Origin: Octopus bimaculoides
Taxonomy: Eukaryota
Direction of reading: 5' to 3'
Assembly (NCBI RefSeq): GCF_001194135.2
Contig: NC_068990.1
Span: 85,158,416 to 85,222,415 of the forward strand
Length of the DNA stretch: 64,000 bases
The notes under the pieces are model-generated. The model was not told the origin of the DNA. It worked only from the letters and a program-made list of their open reading frames with translations, and did no database searches. The translations under genes were made by a program, and so were the position numbers. Numbering within the stretch: the first letter of the stretch is position 1; every line of letters begins with the position of its first letter. Shown in pieces: positions 54,864 to 60,900 of the stretch.

Positions 54864-57800
54864 GTATATAATATTTAAGCTCATCATCATCATCATTTTA
54901 TGTCTGCTTTCCATACCAGCATGGGGTCTAAGCCAGTTCTTAATAAGAACCTCTACTTTCTTAGACATGATGAAGGACCATGCCTTGCTCATATAATTTG
55001 TTTAGACTTGGTTTTTATTGCTGGATGTTTAAAGAAAAACATAAGTGCTTGTCAATTCTTATTGGGTGTCACTGCCCTTATAGGCAGATTGGAAGACCAC
55101 ATCTAAATCATGTTTCAATTTTGGTTTGGTTTCTATGACTGGATACCCTAAGAAAAATATAAAGTGTTGCTCCTATTGAGGTGGAGATATGTAGAGGAGA
55201 GAACAAAAGTGATAAGACTAGCATAAGGCCTGCAAGATTAACCCTGCATAAACAGGGAAACTCTTAAAATGTTTATTGTAGCCGTATTGTTTTGTTTTAG
55301 TCAAAAGTGGTATGCAGTGACATAATAAATTTACTACTTACATAATATACCCTAAAATTTGTTTCATATGAACCACCACCAGATCCATCATCTGGAACCT
55401 AGAAAGGAGAAAGATAAAATATAATAAAAAATAAATATAAAAAAATATAGAAATAATATAAGCAAATGTGAAGTTAATGCGAAAGAAAACAAACATAAAA
55501 TAATAATTCGATAATAAATATCTATACTGTGTGACATTAATAGGTGAGGTTGTGATATTCACAATTTCTCAATGATGGTAGAAATGTGGGCTTTAGATTT
55601 TAATTTTAAAGAAATCTTTTTGTAATATAGAACAGTCACACAGTTGACACCACCTTACTGAATTTTAGTTTTAGGGAAACTTAGCTGCAAAGTCTAGCAG
55701 ACTGAGCAGCCACTTAGACGATTCCTTGTTAGCCCAGTGAAAATAAAGTGGAGGAGTCAGTTCAATTAGAACTCAGAACTAGAAGATATAAGACTCGCTG
55801 TTACTGTGTATTCCATGTTCGTTATCCTTACTCTCTTACTGCTCTCCATGCAGCGAATCTCTGCACAGCAACAGAAGGAGTGAAACACAAACCTATGGTG
55901 TTTCTTGAGAGTAGGGACTAGATTGTAGATTGTTTAAGACGCTCATTCTAATGGTCATTAACAATGTTGCAGGCCTGTCCTGTTAGAGCTGATGAGCAAA
56001 AGGAACTGATTAAGCAGACCTAAGATCTGGCTGATATTCAGCCAGAGCATCTTTTTGATCTAAGGTGTCTGAGACTATATTAATTTAATGATATTTTTTT
56101 GGAAAAGAAGATAAGGTTCAATTTGAAAGAGATTTGGCTGTTATTTTTAGTTAGCTTGTGGATCTGTCTCAATATGTGTGTGTAGCTATGTGCTTAAATA
56201 ACAATGTGGTATACATATAAATGAGACAATGTGTTAACAGTGCACATTCTGAATATTTGCAGCTGGTTTGATGTACAATTTAAGAGGATGAGCGATGTAA
56301 AACTGTAAGGAATCTCCGTAAGTTTTCTGAATCAAATGTCAACTTACCGAAACCACATTAGTAGTTGCAGCATTTGCGCCAGCTGCTTCAATATCTGTTG
56401 ATATACCAAAGCTGCGACTTTGAAAGGCTTTATTGCAGCTTGGACAGTAGTATTGGCAGTGGTCGTAGGCAGCTGCAGAATCATTGACGATCAATAGATC
56501 TTGAATGGCTCCCTGAAAAAAAAAGAGAATTAATTATTTTAGTCTATAAGAGAGATTCACGTCGGGGGTCACCAGTTATAAGAACTGGATGAGACATGAT
56601 GGCTCGGCCATCTCTCCCCAGTTCTTATAATCATTAAATCCAGAAATACAACAACACGAGGGATAACGGTAACAACAGAACATAGTTTATTCTAGGTTGG
56701 TGTAGAGCCGTTTCGTTCCTGGGTGATCAGGCATGCCGCTAGAATACCAAAGGAAGCTTCGACCACATGTGGGGGTCGAGTTGGGACATACGTGTTGTCA
56801 CCACCGCTGCTGGAGAGAAAAGAGATACGTGTTGTCGCCACCGCTGCTAGAGAGAAAAGAGAGGGAACGCTAATGCTTTTTCTCCACCTCTTGCATTGCG
56901 CATGCGTGTTCGGATACTTCCGCTGACGGCAAATCCCTTGCACATGCGTAATGGCACTTCCCAAGATGGCGGCCACACGCGCCACTACAATGTCTCCCCC
57001 CCCCCNNNNNNNNNNTTTGTTAAAACAAAGAATGACAAACTCAATAAATTTGCAAAGCAATGCTGTGTCGGATGCAATAATGGAAGCAAAACTTTTGCAT
57101 CCGACACGATGTGAGTAAGAAAAAGGTTCTGTTCAACATGAAAAGTTCAGCCAGACCTAGAGATAAAGGGTCTGTGTGAAAGAAAGTTGCAACGAAGGTG
57201 TTGGCATGAGCAAATGTGTATGCAAAGGTTGAAACAATATGTAATGTGTACATATTTTCTTTTAGCACGTTACTGTGCACAGAAATGGAAGAAAAACAAT
57301 GTTTGTACAGAGAAATTAAATGCCGGCGGCACAAAAATGTAAAATGCATATTGTTTTGGAAAGTTTCTTTGGCCAATGCACTGTCCGGCCAGATCTAGTG
57401 ACATAAGGGTCACTTGAGTTTTGTCGCAACGACGAAGGTGGAGTGGTTTCTGGTGTGTGTGTTTGTGATGGTATTGATGTTGGTGTATGCATTGGTAAAG
57501 ATGTTGACAGTGGTGTTTGAAAAACGGGCACGTCGTCCACGGAAGTTGAGGGTTTGTCAAGGTACGCTTTTTTCAGACGGTCGACAGACACAATCTCTGT
57601 ACGACCATTAGCGTCGACCTCGAAGAACTTTGGAGTGCGAGAAAACACACGAAAGGGTTGTTGCAGGAGAGGAAACAGAACTGACAGGGAGTCTCGTGAG
57701 AGCATCAACAGGGATGTTCTGCTTCCCTGGCAAATGATTGTGAAATATAGTCCAGGTGACTGAAAACACGAGGAGAGAGTCTGTCTGTTTTAGAAGACAG

Positions 57801-57909
57801 TGTGCACATTATATGCGCGGAATCGCTGAAAAAGTTGCGATAAATGGTGGAATATGGTGATAAGCGCAAACCAGATCAATCTTGGAAAAGATTGTGGAAC
57901 CATGTGCGC

Positions 57910-57950
<41 letters not shown>

Positions 57951-60900
57951 TGTTCGTAAAACAAAAGCAATGGTGTTTGCTTTTGTTTTTTCTTTTCTTC
58001 TGTTTGTGTGAGTGTGACCTATAAACACAATAATAGGCAGGCCTTCATGTAAACAAAGTGTATGTGTATACAAACATGGATGCATGTGTGTGCAAGTAAT
58101 ACAGAGCATAGAAAAGAGTCTATAAGGGCGTTAGAAGAAAGTCTAGACACAAGGATAGTAAATACCAGTTCTCAGTTAAAGTACACAGTAGATTGAAAGT
58201 CTGTATATAAGAGATTGAGGCGTGGAGGCAGAGCTAAGTCACATGTCGTGAAGTTGAGGCTTCTATGCCGAGCCGGGTACTTGATACAGGAGTTCTCGCA
58301 GGTTGTATTCGCTGTTAACCATGGTGAAATAATTCACAAACAGTGTTGAGATAGAACCTGTGCGAGTGTTGTTGGTTGCTGTGTACGTAGCAAGAAGTTG
58401 GTGTTGACCCTAAGAAACTGGAGGCGATGAAGATGGAGGTCTGTAAGCTGCTGAACGAAGTGTTGGGTCTCCATGAGGCTATTGTCGTGTCGTCGCTGGA
58501 ACTGGCTGTGGTCGGCGGCTAGACCTCAGAAGGTGTTGCTTTGTACTGTCTGTAGAAAAAAATATTGTTGACCAACCTTACATCGTTGCTGCAAGGATGA
58601 AAGAAACACGTGGGTGAGAGAAAACGCTCGTGTCATAGTAGTTGATGGTTCAGTTTCCAGGCTGTATGGTATTTTTTTTTTCGAGGTAAGAAAACTGTTG
58701 CAGTTGGTTGTTCCATTCCCTCGTCTCTTGTGTTGTTTTTTTTTTTTTCGTCGTCCCTTCATTTTTTTTACGAGGTGTTTGAGAGATAATTCCGCTANNN
58801 NNNNNNNTTCCCTCGTCTCTTGTGTTGTTTTTTTTTTTTTCGTCGTCCCTTCATTTTTTTTACGAGGTGTTTGAGAGATAATTCCGCTATCACGTCGGGG
58901 GTCACCAGTTATAAGAATTGTGGTGAATTATCACGTCGGGGGTCACCAGTTATAAGAATTGGATGAGATATGATGGCTCGGTTATTTCTCCCCAGTTCTT
59001 ATATTAATCATTAAATCCAGAAATACAACAACACGAGGGATAACGGTAACAACAAAACATAGTGATGCGACACCCGAAAATACAAATTAATGTTATATCC
59101 CTATCTCCCGAGCTGGGTTTTGAAACCGTATTCTGGTTGTTGGTGACAATGGCATTTCCTTTGTCTTGTCAACAACCACAGCTATTTTTAGCGTAGGAGT
59201 GATCGCTGCCCCTTTCCGGTCAGCGAAAGTTCAGAAAAGCAGGATAGGAATTGTACTGAACTGACCCAGCTTTGGGAGGGGGTAAAGTAGCACTATTGAG
59301 CTATGATATTTGAGATAAATACGAGAACAGGAATTGGCGCGAAGCAGTTGGCCGGAGGATTTGGGGAGTCGAGTGGTAGTAATCGGCCGAAGCAGTTGGC
59401 GAGGATTTGGGTAGCAGTCGAGTTGGCTTGAGAGATGAAGTGAAGATGAACAATGATAAGTCTGACAGAGAGAAAGCTATAGTCAGCAGAAATGCATAGA
59501 GTCTCAGAGAGAGAGGGACAGAGAGATGGGATTCTGGCAGCCAAAAGAGATAGTCATAGTCAGTTGTTTACTTTTTGGATCGTACGGTGTTTGTGAAAGA
59601 AAGGAAGTTATTACAACAAAAGTTTGTCTAAATATTCTTCCAAGAAAAATGTACTTGTCGTTATGATGTATAAAGAAAAAGAACTGTTAACTGTGATGTT
59701 AACTTAAAAGAAAACAAAGAAGTGAAAGAACTTTTAAAGGACTCGATGTACGAACTCTTGTTTATGTAATGATTGCAAACCCTTGATTATGTTGCATGCG
59801 CTATTATATGCTATTGAATTTATTATTACGCAATGTTTTATTCTGATGTTTGATGTAAAAAGAAAAGGTTAGTTCCGCTACGCAACGTATGGTCTCCGTG
59901 TTGTTTCTTCCTCCCCTCCTTTTGCCTGTGTTGTTCTTCGCTGCGTGCTCCGGCCGGGGCTTATTGGTGGCCGTGGCGAACGTACCGACTCACTGAGCGT
60001 TCGACGTTCGCGCGCGTTCTCTCTTCGTTAAGGAGGTGCTTCGCGTGCGGGCGTTCGTAACAATAGTTTATTCTAGGTTGGTGTAGAGCCGTTTCGTTCC
60101 TGGGTGAATAGGCATGCCGCTAGAATACCAAAGTAAGCTTCGACCACATGTCGGGGTCGAGTTGAGACATACGTGTTGTCACCACCGCTGTTAGAGAGAA
60201 AAGAGATACGTGTTGTCGCCACCGCTGCTAGAGAGAAAAGAGAGGGAACGCTATTACTTTTTCTCTACCTGTTGCATTGCGCATGCGTGCTCGGATACTT
60301 CCGGTGACGGCAAATCCCTTGCACATGCGCAATGGCACTTCCCAAGATGGCGGCCACACGCGCCACTACAAGTCTAAAGCAACCATGAAAAATATAATCG
60401 TTACAATAAACGAAAATAAAACATGTGAGACACTTTTTACCTTTCCTATTTTACTTTAACATTTGATGAAACATTTCTAAATATCTGATCCTTAGAATTA
60501 CCCACCATTCATAGTTTGTCTAAATTTATCATAGTTCTGTGACTGTGACTTTAGAGTTTTGCCAACAACAGCTTGTCGGTGTGCGAAGACAGCTGGTGAC
60601 TAGAAAAAAAATGTTAGATGGTGTGGAAGAGGTTACAGTTACCTTTCATTTCATATGAATAAAATACTCAAACATCACATTTGCATCGAGTCCTTTATCA
60701 GTGTTTATTGTCTCAAGTATCTAAAGTTTCTTATAATAAATACTCTTAAGTAAATCAATGAGAGCTAAATTGCTCTCTTTTACACAAATTTTGTAATTAT
60801 CTAAGAATGAAGAAATCATTTGAATAAATAACAAATATTCACTGATGATGAAACCTGGAATTATCCTTTCTCATTACAGCCAGGTAAATTAATCCAGTTT

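Larger units (their letters stand above)
56547..60370 (-). mobile_element. Internally deleted Ty3/Gypsy LTR retrotransposon (tRNA-Trp primed, CsRn1-like), same strand as the collagen
   Basis: Two LTRs of about 415 bp starting TGTAGTGG on the minus strand; PBS TGGTGACCCCCGACGTGA; G-rich PPT at 56991-57005; pol remnants; AGTCTA at 56541-56546 and 60371-60376. Confidence 0.88.

Noticed and set aside
55830-55870. Possible 21-bp micro-exon (RFAAWRA) bounded by AG/GTAAGA on the minus strand
   Set aside because: Weak pyrimidine tract and no homology; such pairs are expected by chance
58721-58888. About 80-bp direct repeat on both sides of a 10-N gap
   Set aside because: Typical unmerged contig overlap; treated as an assembly artefact
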